Source: an uncultured candidate division Zixibacteria bacterium (GTDB taxonomy: Bacteria > Zixibacteria > MSB-5A5 > UBA10806). From it: a DNA stretch of 64,000 bases. How positions within the stretch are numbered: the first letter of the stretch is position 1; each line of letters opens with the position of its first letter. Of this stretch, positions 1 to 10,616 are shown in pieces. The position numbers and the translations under genes are program-made. The notes under the pieces are model-generated. The model saw nothing but the letters and a program-made list of their open reading frames with translations. It did no database searches and was not told where the DNA came from. The stretch lies in contig CAWDFP010000006.1 in the NCBI GenBank assembly GCA_963801605.1, positions 352,001 through 416,000 of the forward strand. The letters are read 5' to 3'.

Positions 1-109
1 GGCATTCGATCCCGATCTGCTCGATGTCACCAAGCTCCCTCCCGGGACACCGATGGTAAATATAGTCCAGCGAACGGCATGGAATCAGCAAATAAACAGC
101 TCCTTATGA
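1..109 (+). CDS. 3' end of a gene running in from the left edge (possibly PilX/DUF4900-like C-terminus)
   Basis: Frame 2 reads AFDPDLLDVTKLPPGTPMVNIVQRTAWNQQINSSL* and is followed by a terminator. The family guess rests on the FDP..LPPGTP motif only. Confidence 0.4.
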   Translation, partial: AFDPDLLDVTKLPPGTPMVNIVQRTAWNQQINSSL

Positions 110-130
110 AGCTTACCTAAAATCAGGTAC

Positions 131-170
131 CAAAGGCTCCGGCTATGACGGCCGGGGCCTTTGTTTTTTT
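131..170 (+). terminator. Intrinsic terminator
   Basis: CAAAGGCTCCGGC/GCCGGGGCCTTTG stem followed by a T-run. Confidence 0.8.
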
Positions 171-248
171 AACCATTTCTACCGGATTTTCGTATTTACC
201 GGAAGGCATTTTGATGCTATTATTTCGCCTAAACGAAAAGGAGATTTT

Positions 249-452
249 ATGTGGGTTGGCTTTTTCCTAATCTGTGCCGGTATCTTGATCCTCTTGAGCA
301 ACATGGATATTATCAGAGGCGATGCCTGGAATTATATCTGGCCGCTTATTCTGGTTTTCCTGGGGGTATCCATGATACTCAAGCGCCGGGGACATAAAGT
401 TGAAATACATGTCGGGCGATCAGATGATCGGCAGGCTCCTCCGACAAAATAA
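249..452 (+). CDS. Small two-TM membrane protein, LiaF/LiaI-like (DUF5668)
   Basis: GGAG RBS; GxxLIxxGxLxLLxN...WPLILVxLG pattern. Confidence 0.65.
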   Translation: MWVGFFLICAGILILLSNMDIIRGDAWNYIWPLILVFLGVSMILKRRGHKVEIHVGRSDDRQAPPTK

Positions 453-488
453 AAGTATTCTGCTTAATTAATATTACTCCAGGCGCTC

Positions 489-954
489 TTATTTTACTGC
501 TCCGCCGCGTATCAGCCTTTTTAATAGCTGAATCTGGCCGGCATGATAGAGGTCATGCGAGGCAATCCCGTAGATCATATCCAATCGCTTAAGTTTCGAC
601 GGCGATAAACCAGCAATGGTTTTTCGTAAGAGCCGGTGCTGATCCTCTAATAATGCCATATCCTTTTTCCACTGGATTGCAGTATTTCCAGCCTTAAGCC
701 AATTGCTTCCTTCTTTGGGAAATGTCCCGCGCGGCCCACCGAGTAACTTGTTTCTGACCGTATATTTCCAGTATGCGGCGTGCAAGGCGATCTCCCAAAT
801 ATTATGATGTTTAGGCGTCGGCCTCCAAAGGGCTTCCCGAACGGTCAGCCCGCGAAGAGCGCCGCGAAGGGTTGGACCATGCCAGGCTTTTTTATCATAG
901 GCGTGATCGATGAATATCAACAGAAGGTCAATTTCACGGAATTTTTGATGCCAT
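489..954 (-). CDS. DinB/YfiT-family protein (1-bp indel near the 5' end)
   Basis: AWHGP, IWEIALHAAYW and HDLYHAGQI His-triad motifs. RBS GAGGTG and ATG at 954 give MASKIREIDLL after removing one base. Confidence 0.8.
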
Positions 955-963
955 CTTATCACC

Positions 964-1960
964 TCACTTCGGTTTGATTTTATTTATGATGTTCGCTATA
1001 GTCTCCTCTAGCGGCTTGGGATTATAGGCCAAATCGCGGCTGGCTTTTTGGTGCGAATAGATAAAGCGATATCGTCCCAAACGGGCCATATCAGGATAAA
1101 GCCGGGGACGTTTGTGCTGTAGTCTGGACTACCAATTCTGCAATGAAAGAAATCGGAATCAGAGTTGAGGCCGGAATTTTGAGAAGCGGCTTTTTAATTC
1201 CAAAATATTTCGCTCCCAATGCAAATAAGCTTTGAGGGTTGATATTATCTCCCGTTAGCAGATATCTTTCCCCCGGATGCCCAAGCTCAAGAGCGGAGAT
1301 AATTCCATTAACGACATCGTCTGTTTCTACTAAATTTAATCCAAATTCAAAATATGCCGGTAGGAATTTGGGGATTTTTCGCAAGTCGTTTGATGTGACT
1401 TCCCTATCTGGCGGCGAGATCATTATCGAAGGGTTTACGGAAATAACCTCAAGGTTTGGTCCGTTGGCTGCCAGGGCCAACTCTTCCGCTTCGCGTTTGG
1501 TTTGAATATAGGGAATATCGAATTTCCCAAGATTGAAGACGTGAGTTTCATCAATTGGATTATCATCGGATGATGCTCCGACCGAAACGATACTGGATAT
1601 GTTGAGCAGCCTTTCTACGCCTCCGCTTATGCAGGCCGCTATGACCGCTTTGGTGCCCTCAACATTGACATTGTATTGCTCATCAAAATTCCCTTTACGA
1701 AGACTAACTCTGGCGGCTCCATGAATCACGCCTCGACAGCCCTTAACAGCGTTATAGAGCCAATCAGGTTTTAGCAGATCGCCTATAATGGATTCGGCTT
1801 CCCGAGGGCAATATTTGGCAGCTTTTTGAGGTGAGCGATAGTGGGCTTTGACTTGATACCCGGCCTCCAGCAGGCGAGGTACCAACCGTCTACCGAGTTG
1901 CCCGCTGGCCCCGGTTACGAGCACGGGAGAAAAGGTAACTTTGTTTGCTGAATTATTCAT
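964..1960 (-). CDS. NAD-dependent epimerase/dehydratase (extended SDR, HpnA-like); frameshift near 1130
   Basis: TGASGQLG Rossmann motif and YxxTK. The C-terminus (ARLGRYRFIYSHQKASRDLAYNPKPLEETI) continues in another frame to TGA at 964. Confidence 0.85.
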
Positions 1961-2092
1961 ATTAATTTGATTTCAGATAATCATCCAAGATAAATCCTAT
2001 CCATGTTTTACACAATTATCAATATTGCCAGATAATTCGGTTTTATGCAAATTATAAATCGTTTTACGGCCTGTTTGTGTTACAAACGAAAA

Positions 2093-2524
2093 GCGCGAAG
2101 GTATATTCCTTCGCGCCTACGGATTTCCTTGAAACAGAGAGAATTATCTTAGGTTTCATCGGCAGGATTCTATCGCCCATACCTGCCTGCATTTTCCCCC
2201 AACTACTTCCCCTTCACTTGCTATAACCATTTAGCCCTGGTATCGAGTTCCTTGATTATTAGTAAATATATCCGGGCAGGGAGCCTTAGCTCCCCCTAAA
2301 TAAAAATGCCCCGCTTTTCTAAGTTGGGGACCAGCAATAATTAAGGCCGGAGTTCGGGAATTTGAAAGTGCACACTGTTTTTAGCTACGATAAAGGATTT
2401 TAATGCCACCGGTCGCTTTTTGCGTTCGCTCTCCCCGGAACCCGGGGGTCATGGCGTAAGCTCATCGCCGGGTGCTCCTTCATTGGTTAGGTGTAAGCCT
2501 TTCAAATTTGCCTACGTCCGGCCT
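2093..2524 (-). ncRNA. Candidate large structured non-coding RNA (6S-sized rod plus further domains)
   Basis: No ORF of 60 aa or more; many nested inverted repeats, several with G-U pairs that favour the minus strand; upstream sigma70 promoter; 3' hairpin GCGCGAAGG/CCTTCGCGC followed by TTTT. Confidence 0.55.
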
Positions 2525-2530
2525 GACTTT

Positions 2531-2558
2531 AAACTATCAAATGCTATCAAAAAAGCAA
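2531..2558 (-). promoter_or_regulatory. Putative sigma70 promoter for the candidate ncRNA
   Basis: TTGCTT-16nt-TAGTTT with extended TGn. The predicted +1 (~2524) coincides with the first base of the closing helix. Confidence 0.5.
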
Positions 2559-2633
2559 GTTAAATGTTCGTCTATTAATTTATCGGCGATATCGAAGGCG
2601 GCTTAAGGGGGAATATTCTATTGAGCAAAGAAA

Positions 2634-3339
2634 TTAATAGTACACTGCTAAATTGTCGGTAATTTCCAAAAGGTGCTTCAAATGTGAGTATTCGATTAGC
2701 AGAACAATCACTATTGATACTGACAAGATAACCGTCACAGCCATATATATTCCGGTTTTATATCTTTGTCTGATCGAGGATATAAAGACAGCAAGATACA
2801 GAGCATAAAGGGCGCTTATCGCGGAAAGTTTTGTTAACATTGCTTTTTGAATATCTAACAAGGTTTGTGGAGATAAATTTAGAATTCCTTCGGCGGTTTT
2901 CCAAAAGTATATATTCATGACAACAAATACAAAATAAAAAAAAGAAGCAATTGCCAATTGGATATAAAATCCCTTCCAGTTTTCAAATTCGGGCGGTCTA
3001 ATCTGGCCGGGTTCAATAATATCTGCCTGAACCTCATTTCGAGTAAAGCTTCTGTCGTACTCGGTTTTGCCACAGGCTGGGCATCTTACCAATCTGGAAT
3101 CAATGGCGTTGATGGCCATGATATTTGGAATTGTAGAAAGAGCGAAATATCTATCGCATTGAGCGCATTGATAAACAATTTGACGAGAGAGCCGCCAGAA
3201 AAAACCATAAAGCAGCTACACCGAATTCCAGGATAGCTATTCCTGTTAAGAACGGGCTTTTGGGAATCAACAATGAAGTAACACTTACCACGCCAACTAC
3301 CAGCCCAGCGAAGAGAAACAACATTAGTAATGATTTCAT
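2634..3339 (-). CDS. Membrane protein with internal CxxC...CxxC zinc ribbon (frameshift ~3180 joins two track ORFs)
   Basis: Rejoined sequence is two TMs + YQCAQCDRYF...VRCPACGK + three TMs; the start codon abuts the thiC stop. Confidence 0.65.
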
Positions 3340-4618
3340 CTATTTAGGTTTCCCATCCAGCACCTCAAAGACACAGAACGGGCCGCACATCGAGCAGTAG
3401 TGGCTGTTATTTATCCGGGGATCTCGCAAGCATTCCTCGCGACGAATTTCGGTAAATTTGGTTTTGTCGATAGAATATTTATGCATTCCTTCCCAGTCCA
3501 CGGCGGCGCGGGCCAGGGCCATCTGATGATCCTGTTCCTTGGCCTTTTTATTTCCGTTGGCTATATCGGCGATATGAGCGGCAATCTTGGAGACTACCAC
3601 ACCCTCACGAACATCGGCGATATCCGGCAAGCCGATATGCTCTTTGGGTGTTACATAGCAAAGGAAATCGGCCCCATGCATACCCGCTAATGCGCCGCCA
3701 ATGGCGCAGGCGATATGATCATAACCTACAGCGATATCCGTAGGCAGCGGACCCAAAACATAGAATGGGGCGTTGGCGCAATACTTTTTCTGAAGCTTCA
3801 CATTCTTCTCGATCTCGTGAAGCGGGATATGTCCCGGCCCCTCAATAATTACCTGGACACCCTTATCGCGGGCAATCTGAGCCAGTTTGCCAATTGTCTT
3901 AAGCTCTCCAATCTGGGCTTTATCGGTGGCATCGTCGATACATCCCGGCCGCAAGACCGTCACCCAGGCTGATCGTAATATCATATTCTTTGGCGATATC
4001 GAGAACTTTATCGAAATGCTCGAAGAGGAAGTTTTCTTTCTTGTTATGCTTCATCCAGGCCAGAAGCAGCGCCCCGCCGCGGCTGACACATTTCATCACG
4101 CGCTTTTCAACCAAAGGAAAGGCCTTGCGAGTGACTCCGGCATGAATGGTAATATAGTCAACACCGTCCTCAGCATGCTTATGCAGCACTTTCAAATAAG
4201 TATCGATAGTCATGTCCTCGAATCTTCCCGATTCGAGAGCGCACTGGTAGATTGGTACTGTACCGAGGGGCACCTCGCACTTTTCCAGAATGCTCTTTCT
4301 GGTACCATCGATATCTTTGCCGGTACTTAAGTCCATCACGGTATCGGCTCCGGCCTGGACTGCGGTCGAGAGCTTAACAAGCTCGGTTTCGAGTGTCGAT
4401 TTTATAGCCGAGGTTCCGATATTGGCATTTACCTTGACCTGCAGGCCCTTGCCGATACCGATAGGTTTGAGGTTTTTGTGATTTTTATTGGCGGGGATAA
4501 CGATAGTCCCATCGCATATCCCTTTTTTCAACCATTCGATATCTACACCCTCAATTTGAGCAACATATCTCATCTCTTCAGTGGTCTGGCCTTGCCTGGC
4601 TTTTTCGAGTTGCGTCAT
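3340..4618 (-). CDS. thiC: Phosphomethylpyrimidine synthase, short form (frameshift ~3953)
   Basis: KVNANIGTS, ADTVMDLSTG, SRGG, SLGDGLRPG, EGPGH, CYVTPKEH and C-terminal CSMCGxxC. Confidence 0.88.
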
Positions 4619-4760
4619 ATTTTTAAGCCTCTATTACTAATCCAAAATTACAAATTGATTCCCGGCATTTTTCAAACCCGGCGGATTTTTAAGCTATCAT
4701 AAAGGGTAAGCAATTAAATTTAATAGGACAAGAATAATTATGCCTTGGGGGATTTCGTTT

Positions 4761-6059
4761 TCAGCGCGTATAGCGCAAAATATGGAGCCCGGCATGATCC
4801 ACAAAATAGATATTGCCATTCAGGACTTCGATGGCATCGATCCCCTCGCGGTCAAAATAAAATGAGGCATAGGTAAGTGACGGCGCGACGGTGATATCAA
4901 TGATCTTAAGCCCGTCGTAATAGCCAATATAGGCCAGGTTATCCTGGATCTGAATACAGCGAGTATGCTCGCCTATCGCAAAAGTACCGGCCAGTATCGG
5001 ATTGTTGCGGTCGGCGATATTAATGATATATAGATCGGAAGTTGTATTTAATACATAAGCATAATTAGTGTAAGTCGTGGAGCTGCTCAAGTGAACTTTC
5101 CTGGCGCCCCCGGGGATATCCACCCGTCCCATGGGAGTTGGCCACATATTACTGGCAATATCGATTATCTGAAGACCGGAATCGCCGCAGGCCAGGTAGG
5201 CATAGCCGGGATCGGTGGCGATATCGAGGATGGTTGGCGCGGATGCCATCCAAAAATGCCCGTCGATATGCATCTCTGATGGATACAGGATGTCGATTAT
5301 TTGTAAGCTGTCACCGTCGACAACATAAAGATAGTACCGGTCGGGAGGAAATCCCAGCCAACTGAACGCCGAGGCATTTCCGGGAGTATCGCATTCACCC
5401 AACAGCGCTGGATGAGCAGGATCATCGTAATTTACCGCTTGAACTCCTCTATTGCCAAGTGCCAGATAGAGATTATCGTGAAACAAAATGGATTTAATCT
5501 CACCGGGCGCTGTGTAGGTACTGGCAAGTTGCGGAGTCGCCGGGCTGGCGATATTTATTCCATATACTCTGGCATCGCTGGTTGCGATATAAGCGTAATT
5601 GCCGTCAAACACCATCGAGGAGTTAAACGCCAAAAGCGGATATTCGCCAACGAGAGACATCCCGCGCACTAAGGTTTGGGCGGTCGCTACATTGGATGGA
5701 GTCGATTTTGCGTTGCCTTTCTCGGCGAGGACATAATATGAATAGCTGGTACTGTCGAGAAGATCGATATCGATACACGAGGTAGTATTATAAAACAGCC
5801 GTTGGCAGACGACGAAGGAATCAGCGTCTCCTTCTCGTCGGTAGATAACGAAATAATGTTCATCGTTGGAGTTATCGGCCCAGGCAAGCTGAATGGAATT
5901 TGACGATATCACCTCGGCAGTAAGCCCTGATGGCGCCTCCGGCGGGATGAGATCTACAGGTGGATTGTTGCTGTTATCATCGGGATTGACGGAGTGTTTG
6001 ACACCACAGCCAGGGAAGCTTAAAAGCATCAAGATTATTATTAACGCAACTTTCTTCAT
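4761..6059 (-). CDS. Lipoprotein with fibronectin type III domain and LVIVD repeats
   Basis: Lipobox FPGC; PEAPSGLTA...LAWADNS FN3; repeated YAYxA...GLQIIDI..P units. Confidence 0.8.
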   Translation of the reverse strand: MKKVALIIILMLLSFPGCGVKHSVNPDDNSNNPPVDLIPPEAPSGLTAEVISSNSIQLAWADNSNDEHYFVIYRREGDADSFVVCQRLFYNTTSCIDIDLLDSTSYSYYVLAEKGNAKSTPSNVATAQTLVRGMSLVGEYPLLAFNSSMVFDGNYAYIATSDARVYGINIASPATPQLASTYTAPGEIKSILFHDNLYLALGNRGVQAVNYDDPAHPALLGECDTPGNASAFSWLGFPPDRYYLYVVDGDSLQIIDILYPSEMHIDGHFWMASAPTILDIATDPGYAYLACGDSGLQIIDIASNMWPTPMGRVDIPGGARKVHLSSSTTYTNYAYVLNTTSDLYIINIADRNNPILAGTFAIGEHTRCIQIQDNLAYIGYYDGLKIIDITVAPSLTYASFYFDREGIDAIEVLNGNIYFVDHAGLHILRYTR

Positions 6060-6174
6060 TTCATCCTCACGAGGAACGGTGCAGCTATCGCCTGAGCGGG
6101 CGACGGGTAATGGATAATTTGGTTTAATATAGAAAATGAGACACTAATTTGTCAAACATACCGACCCTCCCACC

Positions 6175-6203
6175 TTGCATCCCCAAATCAAATCTATTAT
6201 ATT
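6175..6203 (+). promoter_or_regulatory. Putative sigma70 promoter upstream of the uvrA leader
   Basis: TTGCAT-17nt-TATATT. Confidence 0.55.
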
Positions 6204-6388
6204 GCCAGATTATCCACGCGACGGCGATAAAATTGGCTAAAGCGTGGGTAATATATGGGAGTAAAATGAATAAAATGGACGGGCTAAAATCTATCGCTTG
6301 ACAAGGAGGTGTTACTGCTCATTATATTAATGCACTTATGAGCAGTTTTTATGAAACGAGACATTAAGACGTTACAGGATATAGCATT

Positions 6389-9218
6389 ATGACACCTTCC
6401 AATCTGGTTATTCAGGGAGCCAGAGAGCACAATCTTAAAGAATATCGATATCACCATCCCGCGCGGGAAGTTGGTGGTAATTACAGGCTTATCCGGGTCC
6501 GGTAAATCATCTTTGGCGTTTGATACCATCTACGCCGAGGGTCAACGGCGATATGTCGAATCGCTGTCGGCATACGCACGGCAGTTTCTGGGCCTCATGG
6601 AAAAGCCGGATGTTGACTTTATCGATGGCCTCTCGCCTGCAATCTCGATTGAGCAACGTACCTCGGCCAAGAATCCCAGATCAACGGTAGGAACCGTAAC
6701 AGAAATTTACGATTACCTGCGTCTCCTTTACGCTCGTATCGGGACTCCGCACTGCTACAAATGCGGCCGTCCCATAACTCAACAGACCGTTCAGCAAATT
6801 TCCGATACCATCATGGAGCTTCCCGCTAACAGCAGAATTCAAATCATGGCGCCGTTGGTCAGGGGACGGAAAGGTGAATACCGCGAAATATTCGAGACGG
6901 TCAAACGCGAGGGGTATGTGCGGGTGCGCGTTGACGGCGAGGTGCATGATGTTGAAGAGCCGATTACGCTCGACAAGAAGAAAAAGCATTCTATCGAAGT
7001 GGTGGTTGACCGCCTGGTAATAAACAACGGTGTCCAAAAGCGTCTGACCGATTCGCTTGAGATCGCCTTGAAGCTTGGCCAGGGACTTCTGATTGTCGAT
7101 CAGGGGGGCAAAGGTGATACGGTTTACTCCGAGCAGTTCGCCTGCCAGTACTGCGGTATATCGTACGAAGAGCCGCAGCCTCGGATGTTCTCATTTAACT
7201 CTCCTTATGGCGCTTGCCCGGTTTGCCTGGGATTGGGATACAAGATGGAACTCGATGATGATCTTGTTATCCCCGATAGAAATTTGTCCATTGCTCAAGG
7301 CGCTATCGCCCCCTGGGGCATTCCTCGCGGTAACTATTATTTCGGAATGATACGCGCGGTAGCCGATCATTACGGAATAAATCTGCGTAAACCATTTAAG
7401 GATCTTTCGGAAAAGGCTCAAAAGACACTTCTTTATGGCTCCGGTCGCGAGGAGATCAAATTCTCCTGGGAGCGCACCGATGGCAAAGGGACCTGGGAAA
7501 ACTACAACCGTTTCGAGGGGATAGTAAATAATCTCAAACGGCGGTACCGTCAAACAGATAGCCAGAGTATCCGTGAGTGGATTGAACGCTTCATGTCGAT
7601 CAAGCCGTGCGAAGGATGCGGCGGAGCGCGTTTGAAAAAAGAGGCTCTGGCTGTAAAGATCGAGGAAAAATCAATTGCAGAGCTAACCGCCTTGCCTGTC
7701 AAACAAGCCAATGTCTTTTTCGAAAACCTGAAGTTATCAGCCAAACAAAAAGCAATAGCCCGTCAAATACTAAAAGAGGTCAAAGAGCGCCTGGGATTTC
7801 TTATAAATGTCGGGCTTGATTATCTGACGCTCGATCGCTCCGCCCAAACTTTATCGGGCGGCGAGGCCCAGCGTATCAGGTTGGCAACCCAGATCGGCTC
7901 GCGCTTGACGGGTGTGCTTTATATCCTGGATGAACCATCGATTGGGCTTCATCAGCGCGACAATCAGCGGCTGCTCGACACGCTTTTTTCGCTGCGAGAT
8001 ATCGGCAATACGGTCCTGGTGGTCGAGCATGACCGTCAGACAATGGAATCGGCCGATTATATTATCGATCTTGGTCCCGGAGCCGGCAAAAACGGCGGCA
8101 CCGTGGTAGCTCAGGGGACGCCGGACGAGATCAAGCGTTCTCCAAAATCTCTGACCGGCAAATATCTTTCGGGCAAGCTTGAAATTCCGGTCCCTGAAAA
8201 GCGCCGAAAGGGGACAGGCTCCAAAATCGTTCTTCGAGGGGCGCGCGGCAATAATCTTAAGAATATCGATATCGAATTCCCGCTGGGGAAGTTGATTTGT
8301 ATAACGGGCGTTTCCGGCTCGGGCAAATCAACACTTGATCAATGAGACCCTGTATCAGATTTTATCGAAAGAGTTTTACGGTTCTCGGACGGCGCCATTG
8401 CAGTACCGCGAAATAGTGGGCTTGAAAAATATCGACAAGGTAATTGCAATCGATCAATCACCCATCGGACGGACCCCGCGGTCCAATCCGGCAACATATA
8501 CCGGGCTGTTTACGCCGATCCGCGATCTGTATACTCAGATTCCGGAATCTAAGGTACGCGGTTATGGGCCGGGACGATTCTCTTTCAATGTGCGCGGCGG
8601 ACGATGCGAAACTTGCGAGGGTGATGGCATCATCAAGATTGAGATGCACTTTTTGCCCGATGTCTATGTCCCCTGCGAGGAGTGCAAGGGGGCGCGTTAC
8701 AACCGCGATACCCTGGAGATTAAGTTTAAGGGGAAATCGATCTCCAACGTGCTCGATATGACTGTCGATGAGGCGCTGGAGTTTTTCGACCGTATCCCGC
8801 GTATCAAACGCAAACTGGAAACGCTGGTTGGTGTCGGTCTTGGGTATATCCATCTCGGCCAGCAGGCTACCACGCTTTCGGGCGGCGAGGCCCAGCGCGT
8901 CAAGCTTTCGACTGAGCTGTCGAAAGTGGCCACCGGCAATACTTTTTATATTCTCGATGAGCCAACCACGGGCTTGCATTTCGAGGATATCAAGATGCTT
9001 CTAAATGTGCTCAATACGCTTGTCGAGCGCGGCAATACGGTGGTGGTGATCGAGCACAATCTCGATGTCATCAAGACTGCCGACTGGATTATCGATCTCG
9101 GTCCCGAGGGCGGCGATGAAGGCGGTAAGGTAATCGCCACCGGGACACCGGAGCAGGTGGCCAAAGTCGGCAAAGTTACACCGGGCAGTTTTTGAAGGAA
9201 GAGTTGAGTACAAAGTAA
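6389..9218 (+). CDS. uvrA: Excinuclease ABC subunit A (indels ~6440, ~8335, ~9170)
   Basis: GAREHNLK start, two Walker A motifs ([16 protein letters not shown]), two LSGGEAQR signatures, zinc fingers, C-terminal SYTGQFL. Confidence 0.97.
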
Positions 9219-9273
9219 GAATGAGTTGACTTTTAAGTTATGCTAAGTTAAATAACGATTAATAAGGATTCCT

Positions 9274-10472
9274 ATGGAAAACATTAATAAAGAAAGAAGC
9301 CCATTCTATCCTGGACAACCGGTTCCTGTGGATTTATTTACAGGAAGGCTTGAGCAGATTAATCGTATAGCAAGATCTGTAAGACAAGTGGAATTGGGCA
9401 AACCGCAGGCCATTTTCCTAACCGGCGAATATGGCATTGGGAAAAGCTCTCTCGCCGGATTTATGAGGATTCTTGCCGAGAAGGAAAACAAGCTAGTAAG
9501 TATTTATACGCTATTAGGAGGGATAAATAGTATTGAAAAATTAGTTTCCAAAATAGTGGAGGCAGCAATTCATGGGCAGGCTTACGAGCCCACCAACACG
9601 GAAAGAATGCGGAATTTTCTTTCGAAATATATTGGAAAACAAGAGTTATTTGGAGTAAGTATTAATTTTGATGCATTACGCGCAGATACCCCCAATATTT
9701 CAAGCGGATTTTTGCCTTTTTGAGAAGTCTTTTTGAGAGGCTTAAGGATAACGATGTAAAAGGTATAATAATAATATTAGATGAAATCAATGGTATTGCA
9801 TCCAATCCCGAATTTGCACATTTTATTAAAAGTCTGGTTGACGATAATGCGCTCAACAGGAATCCTATCCCATTAATGCTCTTAACTTGCGGAGTAAAAG
9901 AGCGATTAGGCGAAATGATTCAAAATCATCAACCGATCGAACGGATATTTGATATAATCGAAATATGCCCCATGACCAAAGAAGAAATGCGTGATTTCTT
10001 CCTAAAATCATTTAGCTCTGTCGATATTAAGGTAAATGATGATGCGTTAGATCTTCTCTGCCATTACTCGGCTGGGTTTCCAAAGATAATGCATATTATT
10101 GGTGATGCTACGTTTTGGATCGATAAAGATAATATTATTGACGCAAATGACGCTTCCACTGGAATATTACTGGCGGCCGATGAAGTTGGAAAGAAATTCT
10201 TCGATCAACAAGTTCTCAAAGCCCTGAGAAGCAAGGATTACCATATCATTCTTACAAAGCTGGGTAAGTCGCAATTTGATTTGTCTTTTATCAAAGCCGA
10301 TATAGAAAAAGGGCTTACTGAAAGCGAAAAAAAGAAATTTAATAATTTTTTACAAAGAATGAAAAAGTTGAAAGTGCTTAGTTCTGGCGAAGAGCGTGGC
10401 GAATATATTTTCAATAGCCGCCTCGTAAGGCTTTACGTTCTATTAAAATCACTTGAAAAACCAATCGAGTAA
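9274..10472 (+). CDS. AT-rich P-loop ATPase (AAA_16/archaeal-ATPase-like) with probable C-terminal winged helix; frameshift in T-run ~9717
   Basis: SPFxPG..FxGR N-terminus, Walker A GEYGIGKS, Walker B IIILDE, SAGFP (GxP) motif. Confidence 0.75.
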
Positions 10473-10616
10473 TAGCAATATTTTTAACTTCCATACTTGT
10501 CAATTTAGCAAATATTATTTACCGATCAAGTCTTAGACTGATAATGGCAATTTAATTATTCTCTTCAATAAAATAACAGGTTATCAAATTCTTGATATTA
10601 ACTATTATATTAGAAT

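Noticed and set aside
2064..2192. 42-codon minus-strand ORF MQAGMGDRILPMKPK...
   Set aside because: Runs through the hairpins and terminator and has no protein-like features; likely spurious
2093..2524. tmRNA, RNase P RNA, SRP RNA or a known riboswitch
   Set aside because: No tRNA-like GGGG.../T-loop/CCA ends, no GAGGAAAGUCC, no SRP CAGG-GNRA-AGCAG motif, no riboswitch core recognised
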